Shown here: positions 9,200-19,571 of the stretch, one piece after another | Position numbering within the stretch: the first letter of the stretch is position 1 | How the letters are laid out: every line of letters starts with the position of its first letter | NCBI GenBank assembly: GCA_020431405.1 | Contig: JAGQIK010000352.1 | Location: 5,316-69,315, forward strand | Length of the DNA: 64,000 bases | Direction of reading: 5' to 3' | Source of the DNA: Myxococcales bacterium | GTDB lineage: Bacteria; Myxococcota_A; Polyangia; GCA-2747355 | Position numbers and translations under genes: made by a program | Notes under the pieces: model-generated | The model's database searches: none | The model's input: only the letters and a program-made list of their open reading frames with translations | What the model was told of the DNA's origin: nothing

Positions 9200-10534
9200 A
9201 TGACCCGCTCGTTGGCGCTGATCACCTGCCTGCTGCTCAGCTTTGCTGGGGTCAGTCGTGCCGCACCCGTCACAGCGCGGGCTCGCCGCCTCGCGCGCGC
9301 CGTGATGCGCGACAACGCCACGCTGCTGTCGCGCAACCGCGCTGGCTTCGCTGCCAAGGCGGAGTTGCTCGCCAGCTCGCCCTTCATCTACTACCGCGCC
9401 GCCGCCGGCCGCTTCTATGCGTACCTGCAACGCGGCATTCACCGCACGGCGCGCTACCGCGCCCTCACCAAGGTGCTCATCAACGGCGACCCGCACATCA
9501 ACGGCAACACGGGTCCGCTGCGCGGCAAGCGCTGGGGCATGATCGACCAAGACGAGGCCGGCCACCCGGCGCCGTTCACGGTCGACCCGATGCGCTGGGC
9601 CGCCGGCGTCTTCCTCGCCGCCGCCGAGCACGGGCTCAGCGCTCGCGACGCGCGCGCGATGGTCGAGACATTCCTCGAAGCCTACGTCGACGGCCTTCGC
9701 CGCTACCCCAAGCGCAGCAAGCTGGACAAGCCCATCGCCGACCTGGTGAAGGGGTCGCGGCGCGCCAAGCGCCGCTCGCTGATCGAGGACAAGCTCCAAC
9801 GCACGGGCGCGTTCAAGACCGACGCGGGCACCAAGCGCATCGAGGGCGGCGAGCGCGCCGAGCTTGTCGACGCCACGCGCCGCTTCATCGCGCAGCTGCC
9901 GGCCAAGCAGCGCCGCAAGCTCGAGCGCTACGAGATCTCCGACATCGTCGACCGCGTGGGTCGCGGCGGCGGAAGCCGTGGCCTGCGCCGCGTGCGTGTC
10001 TCGCTGGTGCTCCGCGCGACGCGCGGCCAGCGCGATCGGCGCGGCAAGGCGCTGATCATCGAGCTCAAGGAGCAGCCGCCGTCGCCCGCGCGCGTCTTTG
10101 GTGCCTCGCCCGTCGCCGAAGACGACGCCGAGCGCGTCATCGCGATGCGCCGCCGGCAGGGCGCGCACGGCAAGCTCGACGGCTTCGTCAAACATCGCGG
10201 CGTGAGCTTCAGCGTCGTCGAGAAGCGCGCCGGCGAGGTCGAGCTCGAGGCGAGCCGCATCACCGACAAAGACTTCCGCGTAGCGCTGGCCAAGGCCGAC
10301 GGCGCCGGGATGGCCTACGCACACGCACGCTCGGGTATCAACGCATCGGCGTCCAAGACCGCCAAGGCGATCCTCGCCGACATCGACGGCGCGAGCAGCT
10401 TCGGTGGCAAGCAGGCCTTTGTCAGCGAGCTCGTGCGGCGAGCCCAGCGCGCCGCGCGCGTGATGACCGCACAGCACGAGACCTACGTCGGCGGCGCCCT
10501 CGACATGATCCGACAGCAGCTAGGCTCGCAATAG
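9200..10534 (+). CDS. DUF2252-like secreted protein
   Basis: ATG 9200 gives MTRSLALITCLLLSFAGVSRA signal; SPFIYYRAAAGRFY and INGDPHINGNTG blocks resemble DUF2252 (SPFaFfRG / GDaHlsNFG); the 42 upstream codons in the track are rejected. Confidence 0.55.
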   Translation: MTRSLALITCLLLSFAGVSRAAPVTARARRLARAVMRDNATLLSRNRAGFAAKAELLASSPFIYYRAAAGRFYAYLQRGIHRTARYRALTKVLINGDPHINGNTGPLRGKRWGMIDQDEAGHPAPFTVDPMRWAAGVFLAAAEHGLSARDARAMVETFLEAYVDGLRRYPKRSKLDKPIADLVKGSRRAKRRSLIEDKLQRTGAFKTDAGTKRIEGGERAELVDATRRFIAQLPAKQRRKLERYEISDIVDRVGRGGGSRGLRRVRVSLVLRATRGQRDRRGKALIIELKEQPPSPARVFGASPVAEDDAERVIAMRRRQGAHGKLDGFVKHRGVSFSVVEKRAGEVELEASRITDKDFRVALAKADGAGMAYAHARSGINASASKTAKAILADIDGASSFGGKQAFVSELVRRAQRAARVMTAQHETYVGGALDMIRQQLGSQ

Positions 10535-10553
10535 CCTGCGCTATAGTGGCGGG

Positions 10554-12482
10554 GTGATTTTCAGATCTGTGCTCGTCCCCGTGATGCTCGCGGCGCTCCT
10601 CGCGTGCGGCTGCAGCAGCGACGCCAACAACAACAACAACACGCCCGCCACGTTCGAAGAGGCCTGCGCCCAGGTGCCTGGTTGCCAGACGCCCGAGAAC
10701 GCCGTCGACGGCCCATCGGTGGCGATCTGGCAGGTGATGCTGCAGCGCGACGCGAGCGGCGCTGCCAGCGTGGGAGAGGTGCGCGAGGTCGACGTGCCGA
10801 GCGGCACCGGCGTTCCGCAGGGGCCGCTGTGGGGCGCCTATCGACTCGTAGCCTACGATGCGGCGGGAAAGGTGCTCGACGCGCAGGCGATCCGTTTCCC
10901 CGAGCGGCTGGTCGTCGAGACCGTCGACGGCACGTCGGAGGAGACCGACTTCACCAACAAGGCCTCGTCGGCGCTGGGCTACCTCGAAGTCGACGCCAGC
11001 GTGGCCAAGATCGCGATCACCGACGCCGACGGCAACCAGCTCGACGCGCGCGACGCACCCGCCCCCGGCGAGCGCCGCAGCGCCTCGCTCGCGGGCGTGC
11101 GGCGAAGCGCCGTGTTGCAGGCCACGGCGCGCACGCCTTGCTCGCACGTGCTGCTGCTCGAGCAGAGTGACACGGCGCTCTTCACTGACGCGATCGTCAA
11201 CGAGGGCTACAAGCTCGCGCCGTTGCCGCTGTCGGCCCAGGCGGTGATCCAGGCGGCGCTCGGCCGGCTGACGCCGCTGGCGTGCGCCGCCGTCGGGCGC
11301 ATCGCCTTCGTCGCGTCGGACACGACGACCACCGGCGCGTGGGTCAACGGTCGCTTCGGCGACATGATGATCATCAACGCCAACTTCGACGTCGAAGGCC
11401 ACACGTTCGACGACGCCGGTCTGACCAACGCCGTGACGCGCAGCATCCTCGAGGGGTCGGTGGTGCACGAGGCGGGACACAACGTCTGGCGTCTTCTCAA
11501 CATGGAGGGTGCAAACAATGTCGCCTTCGCCGACGGCTGGTGGACCGAGCGCCAGCGCGGCCCAGCGCGCGCGGCGATCGCCCGCACGCGAATGCTGCGC
11601 GGCTTTGGCTACGAGTGGCGCCGCGTCCACGATTCGTTCGTCGCGCAGGGCTGGGCCAAGCCCTATGCAACGTATCCGCTCGCGCGCTTCAGCTCCGCCA
11701 CGCCGAGCGACGAAGACCTCGTGCGCCATGGGTTCATGTCGATCTACGGCAATCTCGACGACGCCGAAGACATCGCCGAGCTGATGCGCTGGCCGATCTT
11801 CGGCGCCGCCTCGCGCGCCGCCGGTCTGGCTGACGGTTGGGGGCTGCTCGAGACCGCAGACGTGGGCTGCGTGCAGATGGGCGCCCACGGCGACAAGAGC
11901 GTGCCGCAGAAGCTGGCCGTCATCTACACCAAGCTCGCCTTCATGCACGACCTGGGGTTGATCTCCGACCAGGCCTTCACGCGCTGCGCTGGCAGCAACA
12001 TCAGCATTCCGACGCCGGTCAACGGCTTCACCGTCTACGAGTCGGGCAGCGAGAAGCGGCGCTTCGATAAGAGCCCTTCGGCGATCATCGGCTCGCGCAG
12101 CGACAGCTACGTCTTCGTGATGACCGCCGAGGGTACGGCGAGCTTCGACAACGCCGACTACGCAGCCACGGTGCGGCTCGAGCTGCAGCTGCAGAGCTTC
12201 GGCTTGCTCGAGCAGCTGCTCGGCGCGCCCGACGTCAACCTGGTGGCCTGGCCGCGCGGGCTTTATCCGCTCGCCGCCGGATCACCCAACACGTTCTCGC
12301 TCGCGATGCCGGATCAGCCCTTCGGTGACTTTCAGTCGACCAAGGGCTGGGTGCTCGTCACAAACGCGACCAACGAGCTCATCGTCGGCTCGGTCTACCT
12401 CGAGCAGGCGTTCCGTCCGCGTGCAGGTGTGCCCCAGACGTTCGACCCGCCGCTGCAGTTCCGTTTTCGCATGAAGAAGTAG
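10554..12482 (+). CDS. lipoprotein with HEXXH zinc-metalloprotease motif
   Basis: GTG start; lipobox MLAALLACGCSS; Asn-run linker; SVVHEAGHNVW signature; no other recognisable domain. Confidence 0.55.
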   Translation: MIFRSVLVPVMLAALLACGCSSDANNNNNTPATFEEACAQVPGCQTPENAVDGPSVAIWQVMLQRDASGAASVGEVREVDVPSGTGVPQGPLWGAYRLVAYDAAGKVLDAQAIRFPERLVVETVDGTSEETDFTNKASSALGYLEVDASVAKIAITDADGNQLDARDAPAPGERRSASLAGVRRSAVLQATARTPCSHVLLLEQSDTALFTDAIVNEGYKLAPLPLSAQAVIQAALGRLTPLACAAVGRIAFVASDTTTTGAWVNGRFGDMMIINANFDVEGHTFDDAGLTNAVTRSILEGSVVHEAGHNVWRLLNMEGANNVAFADGWWTERQRGPARAAIARTRMLRGFGYEWRRVHDSFVAQGWAKPYATYPLARFSSATPSDEDLVRHGFMSIYGNLDDAEDIAELMRWPIFGAASRAAGLADGWGLLETADVGCVQMGAHGDKSVPQKLAVIYTKLAFMHDLGLISDQAFTRCAGSNISIPTPVNGFTVYESGSEKRRFDKSPSAIIGSRSDSYVFVMTAEGTASFDNADYAATVRLELQLQSFGLLEQLLGAPDVNLVAWPRGLYPLAAGSPNTFSLAMPDQPFGDFQSTKGWVLVTNATNELIVGSVYLEQAFRPRAGVPQTFDPPLQFRFRMKK

Positions 12483-12516
12483 CGGCCGTGCGCGTCAGAT
12501 CGGGCGGCTTGGCGGA

Positions 12517-14019
12517 CTAGCGGCGCGTCGCGCGGCGCACAGCTTTGAGCAGGCGGCGCTGCAGCTTCGAGCGCGGCACGTAGGCGGCGATCTTGAGCGC
12601 CAGCGCGCGCGACATCTCGTCCATGGCGTCGTCGGGGCCGACGACGACCACCGGCAGGCCAGAGAGCTTGCCGTCCGCGAGCAGCGGCGCCAGCGCGTCG
12701 AGGGCCACGCGCGGCTGTGCGCCGAGATCGACGACGATCGCCTTCTCGTCGTCGGGCGTGATCGCGGCCGGGCTGTCGGCGCGCACGACGCGATAGCCCG
12801 CGCGGCGCAAGTGCGTTGTCGGCGCGTCGGGGGCGCCGGCCGCGCCGTGGTCGACGGCGATGATCTTGCCTTCGGCAGGCTCGGGCTCGATGCGCGGAGC
12901 GCGCGGCGGTGCGTCGCCGAGCACGGCGGAGCGCTCGGCGCGTGTGGCGGCGTAGGTGCCGGTCTTGCGCCGGTGCTGGTCCGAGCTGCGGCCTTCGATC
13001 TGATCGAGCGCCTCGAGCAAGCGCGCCTTGAGGGCGCCCGCGCTGGCGGGCCGCGTCTCGCGGCGCTTGCGCAGCGCCCAGAGCGTGATCTCGTCGAGAG
13101 CGCCGTGCACGTCCGGCGCGGCTTCACTTGGCGGCGAGGGGTCGTCGAGCACGTGCTTGAAGATCAGCGCCTGAACGGTCGGGGCCTTGAACGGCAGGCC
13201 GCCGGTGAGCAGCTCGTAGAGGATCACGCCGAGGGCGTAGATATCGGTCTGCGGCCCGATCGGCTCGCCGGCGCACTGCTCCGGGGCCATGTAGGCGGGC
13301 GTGCCAAGCACGTCGCCTTCGCGCGTGAGCTTGACCGCGCTGTCGGCGATCTTGGCGATGCCGAAGTCGACGATCTTCACGCGCTTGTCGGGGTCGGCGA
13401 GCATCACGTTTTCGGGCTTGAGATCGCGGTGCACGACGCCGGCGGCGTGCGCGACGTCGAGCGCGTCGCAGATCTCGCCCACGATGCGCACCGTCTCGGC
13501 CAGCGGCAGGCGCTTGTCGGGCGAGCTCTTGACCAGCGACTCGAGCGACTGACCCGATAGATACTGCATCGCGATGTAGCTCTGGTCGTTCCACTGGCCG
13601 TAGTCGTAGATCGCGACGATGCCGGGGTGCTCGAGCTTGGAGAGCGCCAGCGCCTCGCGCTCGAAGCGCAGCAGCCGATCACGGCTGTCGACGAGGTGGC
13701 GGTGCACGAACTTGATCGCCACGTCGCGTGCGAGGCCGATCTGCTCGGCGCGATAGACCAAGCCCATCGCGCCTTCGCCGAGGAACGAGCGGATACGGAA
13801 GCGCTTGTTGATCAGCTGTCCGATCAGCGCGTCGGTGCTGGCCGGCTCGGTGGTGGCGCTGCCGAGCCCACCCGTGCCGGCGTTGCCGCCGACGTTGGCG
13901 CCTTGAGCGAGCGTCTCGCCGGTGGACGGTGCCTGCGTTCGCTCGGGCGGCGGCAGGGTCACGCCGCAGCTGGGACAGTTGCCGTCGACGAGGTCGCGGC
14001 CGCAGCGCATGCAGATCAT
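12517..14019 (-). CDS. Ser/Thr protein kinase with N-terminal zinc ribbon and C-terminal receiver-like domain
   Basis: ATG 14017-14019 preceded by GAGAGGAAG RBS and overlapping cyclase TGA stop (ATGA); MICMRCGRDLVDGNCPSCG ribbon; kinase motifs HRDLKPEN, DFG, TPAYMAPE; C-terminal IIAVD...AIVVDLG...PVVVVG...LKIAAYVP pattern resembles a REC fold. Confidence 0.8.
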   Translation of the reverse strand: MICMRCGRDLVDGNCPSCGVTLPPPERTQAPSTGETLAQGANVGGNAGTGGLGSATTEPASTDALIGQLINKRFRIRSFLGEGAMGLVYRAEQIGLARDVAIKFVHRHLVDSRDRLLRFEREALALSKLEHPGIVAIYDYGQWNDQSYIAMQYLSGQSLESLVKSSPDKRLPLAETVRIVGEICDALDVAHAAGVVHRDLKPENVMLADPDKRVKIVDFGIAKIADSAVKLTREGDVLGTPAYMAPEQCAGEPIGPQTDIYALGVILYELLTGGLPFKAPTVQALIFKHVLDDPSPPSEAAPDVHGALDEITLWALRKRRETRPASAGALKARLLEALDQIEGRSSDQHRRKTGTYAATRAERSAVLGDAPPRAPRIEPEPAEGKIIAVDHGAAGAPDAPTTHLRRAGYRVVRADSPAAITPDDEKAIVVDLGAQPRVALDALAPLLADGKLSGLPVVVVGPDDAMDEMSRALALKIAAYVPRSKLQRRLLKAVRRATRR

Positions 14020-15753
14020 GCTTCCTCTCGCAGCTCGAAGATGCGCACCTGCTCCTTGCGCCCGGTGATATCGCGGGCGCCGAGGTCGACGACATCGAAG
14101 TCTTCGCCGAGCTCTTCGCGGGTGGCTTCGCTGATCAGGATCTGTCCCGGCTTGGCGAGCATCTCGAGGCGCGCCGCGATGTTTACCGTGTCGCCGATGG
14201 CCGTGTACTCCATGCGCTTTTCCGAGCCGAGGTTGCCGACGATCGCCGTCCCGGTGCTGATGCCGATACCGAGCTGGAGCTCGCGTCCGAACTCGTCGGC
14301 CCACTTGGCGTTGCCCGTCTCGAGCCACTCGATCATCTCGAGTGCCGCCAGCGCGGCGCGCTCGGCGTCGTCGTCGCGTGGCTCGGGCGCGCCAAAGACG
14401 GCCATCACGCAGTCGCCGATGAACTTGTCGACCATGCCGCCGTGGTTGAAGACAATGCCGGTGAGAAACGTGAACATCTCGTTGAGCAGCCGCCCGCACG
14501 ACGTCTTCGGGCGCGTGCCGCTCGGCGAGCGGCGTGAACGCCACCACGTCGGCGAACAGCACGGTGACCTTGGCGCGTTTTCCGCCGAGCTCGATCGACT
14601 GGCGCTCGTCGACGATCGCCTCGACCAGCGCGTCGCTGAGGTAGCGGCTCATGTTGGCGCGCACGCGCGCCTCGGCGACCAGCCGGTCGCGCGACTCTTC
14701 GAGGCTGCCGGCCATGCTGTTGAAGGAGCGCGCCAGCGCGCCGACCTCGTCGGAGGCGCGCGGCGTGACGCGCGCGGAGAAGTCACCGGACTCGACCAGA
14801 GCCGCGGCACGCGCGATGTCGGTGACCGGCTTGCCGATGCGCCGTCCGAGCAGCAGCCCGACGACCAGCGCGAGCAGCGCCACGACGCCCCCGGCGATCG
14901 CGGCGTAGCGCCAAGCAGCGCGCTCGGCGAGGTAGACCCAGGTGTTGCTCTGCTGCACGACGACGCCCCACTGCACGGCGGGCAGCGCCAGCAGGATCGT
15001 CAGCCGCCGCGCCGAGCCCTTGCCAAGATCGGCGGCGCGCGCGGTGGGGCGCGTCAAGCGCTGGTCGCTCTGGCGCAGCCACGCCATCAGCTCCTTGCTC
15101 GGCTTCGCCGCGCCCCCTCGCGCCAACACGCGCTGTTGGCGATCGACGACGTACAGACCACCACCGGCCTCCTTCTCGAGCCGTCGCTGCGCCGCCTCGC
15201 TGACGGCGTCGATCAGCGGCTTCATCGACACGCGGCTGCGCAAGAAGCCATACACGCGACCTTGCGCCGTCTTGATAGCGATGGTGTGCAAGAGATATGG
15301 CCGTGGTCCCTCGGGATGCTCTTCGATCAGCGGATCGCCCGCCTGCGCGGCGAGCTTGGTGCGAAGCGGCGCCGGCAGCGCGGTCGCGGCCTTCTTCTTG
15401 GCGCTCGAAGCGCCGGCCTGCAGCGCGAGCGCGAGCTCGCCGTCGGGGCTGAAGACCTCGACACGATCGAGCAGATGGGTGCCGCGCAGCCTGCTGCGCA
15501 CCATCGCGACGCGCTGCTCCTGGGTCAGCGAGGTCTCCGTCAACGCGGCGCTGATATCGCCGATGGTGTTGCGAACGCGGCTGAGAAACACGTCGACCTT
15601 CACGCGCACGCTCTCGGCCGTGGCGGTGCGCAGCACGCGAGCCGAGGCGGCCATGTTGTCGGCGTGCTCGTTGGCGAGCACGTAGGCCAGGCCGCCGACG
15701 CTGAGCAGCGAGACGCCGAGCAGCGCGAGCGCGATCTTGATCCACAGCTTCAC
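14016..15753 (-). pseudogene. membrane HAMP-domain adenylate/guanylate cyclase interrupted by a 1-nt insertion frameshift (or sequencing error) in the catalytic domain
   Basis: GTG start 15753; two TM segments flanking an about 240-aa periplasmic region, HAMP, then VTVLFADVVAFTPLAERHAPEDVV in frame A; the catalytic domain continues in frame B (LLNEMFTFLTGIVFNHGGMVDKFIGDCVMAVFGAP...ISTGTAIVGNLGS..YTAIGDTVNIAARLE) to TGA 14016; the frames join at a GGG run (plus-strand CCC 14493-14495), and removing one G restores EDVVRRLLNEMF. Confidence 0.6.
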
Positions 15754-15772
15754 CGCGTCACCGCTTCACGTT

Positions 15773-18007
15773 TCACCGTTTCGCGCCGGCGGTCTTGATC
15801 ACGACGAACCGCACGCGGCGGTTGGCCGCGCGGCCTGCGGCGCTCTTGTTGCTCTTGACCGGCTTGGTCGGACCGAAGCCGACGGCGACCAGCCGGTGCG
15901 CGGCGATGCCGTTCTTGACGAGCACGCGCTTGACCTGCTCGGCGCGCCGCTGCGAGAGGTCGACGTTGAGCTCCTTGTCGCCTTGCGAGTCGGTGTGCCC
16001 CTCGATGCGCAGCTTGCGCACCTGCCAGTTGGCCTTGAGCACGCGTGCGACCTGACTGAGCAGGCTCATCGAGCGCGGCGAGATCGTGTCACGCCCGCTG
16101 GCGAAGTAGACCTTCTCGCTGATCGAGACCTCGCCCTTGACGAGCTTGGCCTTGCCCACGCCCTCGTCGGGGCAGCCGTCGTCATCCTTGATGCCGTTGA
16201 CCGTCTCGGGCTGCAGCGGACACTTGTCCACCGCGTCGGGGATGCCGTCGTGGTCGTTGTCCGGATCAGGACAGCCGTCTTTGTCTTGGAAGCCATCGTG
16301 ATCCTCGGGCTCGTAGGGGCACTTGTCCTGCGGGTTGGGCACGCCGTCGACATCGGGGTCGAGGTCGCCGCGGCTCGCTGCTGCGATGCTGTCCGGCGCG
16401 GCCGGCTTGGCGTAGCGATAGCGCTGGCGCGGGCGCTGCGGGGGCGCCTTGCCCTCGCGCACCAGCTTGGCGTAGGCCTTGGCGGCCTTCTCATTGTAGC
16501 GGATCAAGACCTGCGTGCGACCGAGCTTGCCGCCGAGCCAGTAGACGTGGCAGGCGAGCATCGAGGCGGCGGCTTGCGGCGGCGCGTGCAGCGTGGCGCG
16601 GTAGGTGCCGGCCCCGAGCGCCTTGATCGGCAGCGCGCCGTCGCCGCAGTTGACGGTCAAGCCCGGCACGAACGTCGCCTTGCCGTTGTCGAGGCTCGCG
16701 ACCACGGTGACGTAGGTCTTGCCGCCGCCGTCGATGACGCGGTCGCGGATCGCGAAGCTGGCCTTGATGCCGATCACGTGCAGCGTGACGAACTTCGCCG
16801 GGAAGCCCTGACCCATCACGCCGACGCGCACGCGCCCGCGGCCTTTGACCAGCACCGGCTTGGCGCTGAAGGTCGAGCCCACCGAGACGGTGAAGCCGTC
16901 GGCGGCGATCCAGGCGGCGCCGACCACCTGGATGCGGCCGCGCTTGTCGCGCAGCAGGCGCCGGCTGCTGCGCAGCGTGACCACGCGCAGCATCAGCGAT
17001 TGCGACGAGCGGCTCGAAAGACCGCTGTCGTCGACGGCCTGTACGCGCGCCCAGTAGGTGCCCGGCTTGAGCCGCTCGGCACGAAAGCGCTTGATGCCAG
17101 CGCCCATGGTGACCTCGGCGAGGGGCGCGCGAAGCTGCTTGTTGTTGGCGAGCACGAAGTGGTAGCGCTTCGCACCCGACACCGCGCCCCAGCTCGCCTC
17201 GAAGCGCGCCAGCTCGCCGGGCAGCACCACTTTCATCGCCCGCGTGCCACCGGCCCAGCGCGGCGCGCCGAGCAGGCGACGGGGCTTGGGTGGGCGCTGG
17301 CCGCGCGCCACGGTGACGCCGTGGTTGGTCGGCACCTTCACCGTGCGACCGCGCGCGGCGACCATCGCGTAGCCGTCGAACACCGAGATCGACGAGCGCT
17401 TGCGCTTGTCGACCGCGATCTGCGTGTCGCGCGAGCGCAGCTCGACGGTGGCCGCGGGTGTCTTGACCGTCAGCTTGGCGCGCTTGTCGAGCGCGGCCAG
17501 GCCGCCGCGCACGACACCCTGCTCGAGGCGCACCTCGCGCTGTTTGGAGACGCGCAGGTGGCTGCGCCGCGCGCTGCCGAAGATCACGAGCAGCGCGCGC
17601 TCGCGCAGGCGCAGCTTGGAGCGATCGATGAACGCGATCTCGGCCGAGGCACCATTGCCGGTGTTGACCTTGTAGAGGCGCCACAGCGATTGGTTGCGGC
17701 GCGCGCGCTGCCAGTACGGCGCGCGCGGCCCCTTGGCTTTGACGTTGTTGTGCAGCCACGCCACCTTGCCGGGCGCTGGCGCGGCGTCGAGCAGCAGCTG
17801 GGTGCCTGGCTGGAGCAGGTGCGGCGGCGGTCCGAGCTTGTTGTGCTTGTGGATGACGGTGTAGCGCTTGCCCTCGCCGATGAAACGCTCGGCGATGTTC
17901 CAACACGTGTCTCCGCGCTGGACGATGTACTTCTGCAGCTTGCGGGCGTGGGCGCTCGTGCTCGTCAGCACGGCCATCAGCAGTGTAAGTGCTCGAATCA
18001 GCGGCAT
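15773..18007 (-). CDS. LysM / FecR-like / thrombospondin type-3 repeat / OmpA-domain outer-membrane protein
   Basis: Signal peptide; LysM block YIVQRGDTCWNIAERF; TSP3 Asp-rich repeats DKDGCPDPDNDHDGIPDAVDKCP; C-terminal OmpA/MotB peptidoglycan-binding block (LRIEGHTDSQGDKELNVDLSQRRAEQVKRVL...NRRVRFVV). Confidence 0.8.
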   Translation of the reverse strand: MPLIRALTLLMAVLTSTSAHARKLQKYIVQRGDTCWNIAERFIGEGKRYTVIHKHNKLGPPPHLLQPGTQLLLDAAPAPGKVAWLHNNVKAKGPRAPYWQRARRNQSLWRLYKVNTGNGASAEIAFIDRSKLRLRERALLVIFGSARRSHLRVSKQREVRLEQGVVRGGLAALDKRAKLTVKTPAATVELRSRDTQIAVDKRKRSSISVFDGYAMVAARGRTVKVPTNHGVTVARGQRPPKPRRLLGAPRWAGGTRAMKVVLPGELARFEASWGAVSGAKRYHFVLANNKQLRAPLAEVTMGAGIKRFRAERLKPGTYWARVQAVDDSGLSSRSSQSLMLRVVTLRSSRRLLRDKRGRIQVVGAAWIAADGFTVSVGSTFSAKPVLVKGRGRVRVGVMGQGFPAKFVTLHVIGIKASFAIRDRVIDGGGKTYVTVVASLDNGKATFVPGLTVNCGDGALPIKALGAGTYRATLHAPPQAAASMLACHVYWLGGKLGRTQVLIRYNEKAAKAYAKLVREGKAPPQRPRQRYRYAKPAAPDSIAAASRGDLDPDVDGVPNPQDKCPYEPEDHDGFQDKDGCPDPDNDHDGIPDAVDKCPLQPETVNGIKDDDGCPDEGVGKAKLVKGEVSISEKVYFASGRDTISPRSMSLLSQVARVLKANWQVRKLRIEGHTDSQGDKELNVDLSQRRAEQVKRVLVKNGIAAHRLVAVGFGPTKPVKSNKSAAGRAANRRVRFVVIKTAGAKR

Positions 18008-18087
18008 CAGGTGCTCCGCTGAGCACTATCTCGCGGGCGGGGTATCTCTGGCAACGACGCGCTGAACTGCCGTGCCGCGCCCGGCAG

Positions 18088-19380
18088 CTAGCAGCTGCCG
18101 TCGGTCAGGCAGCGGCGCATCACGCCGGCGGGATCGCCGCCGACGATGATCAGCCCGTTGCCGCCCACAACGCGCACGCTGTTGTAGAAGCCCTTGTCGG
18201 GCGGCGTGCGTTTCCAGACCTCCTTGAGGTCGCTCATGGTCAGCTTGACGATCACCGGCTGGACCTTGGACATGTCGTCGGTCCAGCCCTGTCCGCCCAC
18301 CGCGTAGATATGCGTGCCGTCGGTGGCGATGCCAACAAAGCCGTCCTTGGTGCCCGGCTGATCGAGCACGTAGGAGGTCGCCTTTGCCGTGCGCAGATCG
18401 ATGCGCACCACCACGCCGCGCAGGTCGTTGGGGTCTTCGTAGGAAAAGCCTGCGACGTAGGCGTCGTTGCCCACCACCAGCATGCCGCGCACCTCCGTGT
18501 TGCGCGAGACGCCGTTCTCGGCGTCGGTGAAGATCACGCTGTTGTCGCGCTCGAAGTCGCAGGGCGGCGCGTCGCAGCGCGCGGCGCTGTCGAAGGTCAC
18601 GGCGAAGGCCTCGTGCAGCGTGGCGGGGGCGGGCGCGGGGATGCGACCGCCGACATACATTTTGCCGTTGGCGGCAAACAGCCGCCGGCCCGCGCCGCCG
18701 AACGGCGAGAAGCCGCACGGTGGGCCGCAGGTCGCTTGCGTGGTGGGCAGCTTGACGATCCAGGTGTTGGGACCGTTGGCGTTGCCCGTGACCCACAGCG
18801 AGCCGTCGAGCGCTTCGATATCCCAGACCTCGTCGGCGCCGCTGCTGCCCGTCAGTCGCGTGGTCCAGTCGACGGCGAGCGTCGAGGGGTCGACCTGCGC
18901 CACGAAGCCGTCGCGCGGGTCGCCGCCCTCGCGCGGCACCATGTTGCCGGCGACGTAGAGCTTGCCGCCGCTGGCGGTGATGCCCGTGCCGACGGCCGAC
19001 GTGGCGCCCGGTACCTCGAAGTCGCGGCTCGCGCGCAGCGTGCCGCACGGATCGATAGCGGCGACCGACGCGCGCGCGCCGACCTTCGAGGCGACGAAGA
19101 TCGTGCCGCTGCTGTCGATGTGCAGGTCCTTGACCGATGCTGCGAGCGAAAGACGCCAGGTGGTCGGACAGCCGCTGGCAGGCGTCGCGTCTGCGCCGGC
19201 GCCGCTGTCGGCCGAGGCGCCCGAGTCGAAGCTTGGCGTGCCCATGTCGGCGCTCGACGCGCGCGAGTCCGCCCCGCTCGCGCTCGGGTCACCGCCGAGA
19301 GACGGTTCGAGGCCACCTGCGCAAGCCACGAGGTTTAGAACCAGCCAACATGCCGACGTGATGGCCTGGACGTGGGTCAT
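18088..19380 (-). CDS. lipoprotein, probable beta-propeller-like repeat protein
   Basis: GAAGGGGGG RBS before ATG 19378-19380; lipobox LVLNLVACAGG; Ser/Asp-rich linker then repeated ..LYVAG../..MYVGG../..AYVAG../..IYAVGG.. strands. Confidence 0.55.
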   Translation of the reverse strand: MTHVQAITSACWLVLNLVACAGGLEPSLGGDPSASGADSRASSADMGTPSFDSGASADSGAGADATPASGCPTTWRLSLAASVKDLHIDSSGTIFVASKVGARASVAAIDPCGTLRASRDFEVPGATSAVGTGITASGGKLYVAGNMVPREGGDPRDGFVAQVDPSTLAVDWTTRLTGSSGADEVWDIEALDGSLWVTGNANGPNTWIVKLPTTQATCGPPCGFSPFGGAGRRLFAANGKMYVGGRIPAPAPATLHEAFAVTFDSAARCDAPPCDFERDNSVIFTDAENGVSRNTEVRGMLVVGNDAYVAGFSYEDPNDLRGVVVRIDLRTAKATSYVLDQPGTKDGFVGIATDGTHIYAVGGQGWTDDMSKVQPVIVKLTMSDLKEVWKRTPPDKGFYNSVRVVGGNGLIIVGGDPAGVMRRCLTDGSC

Positions 19381-19571
19381 GTGCCGCCCCCCTTCGGTTG
19401 TGCTCGATCGCGGTGCGATGTGTAGAGCAGGGACCGTGCCGGCGCCGAGGAGGCGGCATTTCGGCGGCTTGGCGGGGCGGCAGGTGGCGAAACGAGGGGC
19501 GTGCAGACCGCAGCGTTACGTCGAGGTGGCAGCGGTGGCTAGGGTGCGCCGCGTGCTGCGCCAGAGCCGCG

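Noticed and set aside
10422-11948. 508-aa minus-strand ORF antisense to the HEXXH lipoprotein gene
   Set aside because: Arg/Ala/Gly-rich GC-artefact composition, no motifs, fully overlapped by a gene with signal peptide and motif support.
12517-15753. 1078-aa single ORF
   Set aside because: It is a false fusion. The N-terminal third is the adenylate cyclase up to its frameshift. The middle about 180 aa (RAAAQRDVHVSHRHCLQPRRHGRQ...) is out-of-frame Arg-rich noise. The C-terminus is the independently initiated Ser/Thr kinase (RBS plus ATG 14017-14019).
13627-19338. Multiple 400-760-aa ORFs (13627..15798, 15737..18022, 16491..18026, 17989..19338)
   Set aside because: Antisense or off-frame shadows of the cyclase, OmpA-family and lipoprotein genes; low-complexity Arg/Ala/Gly composition.
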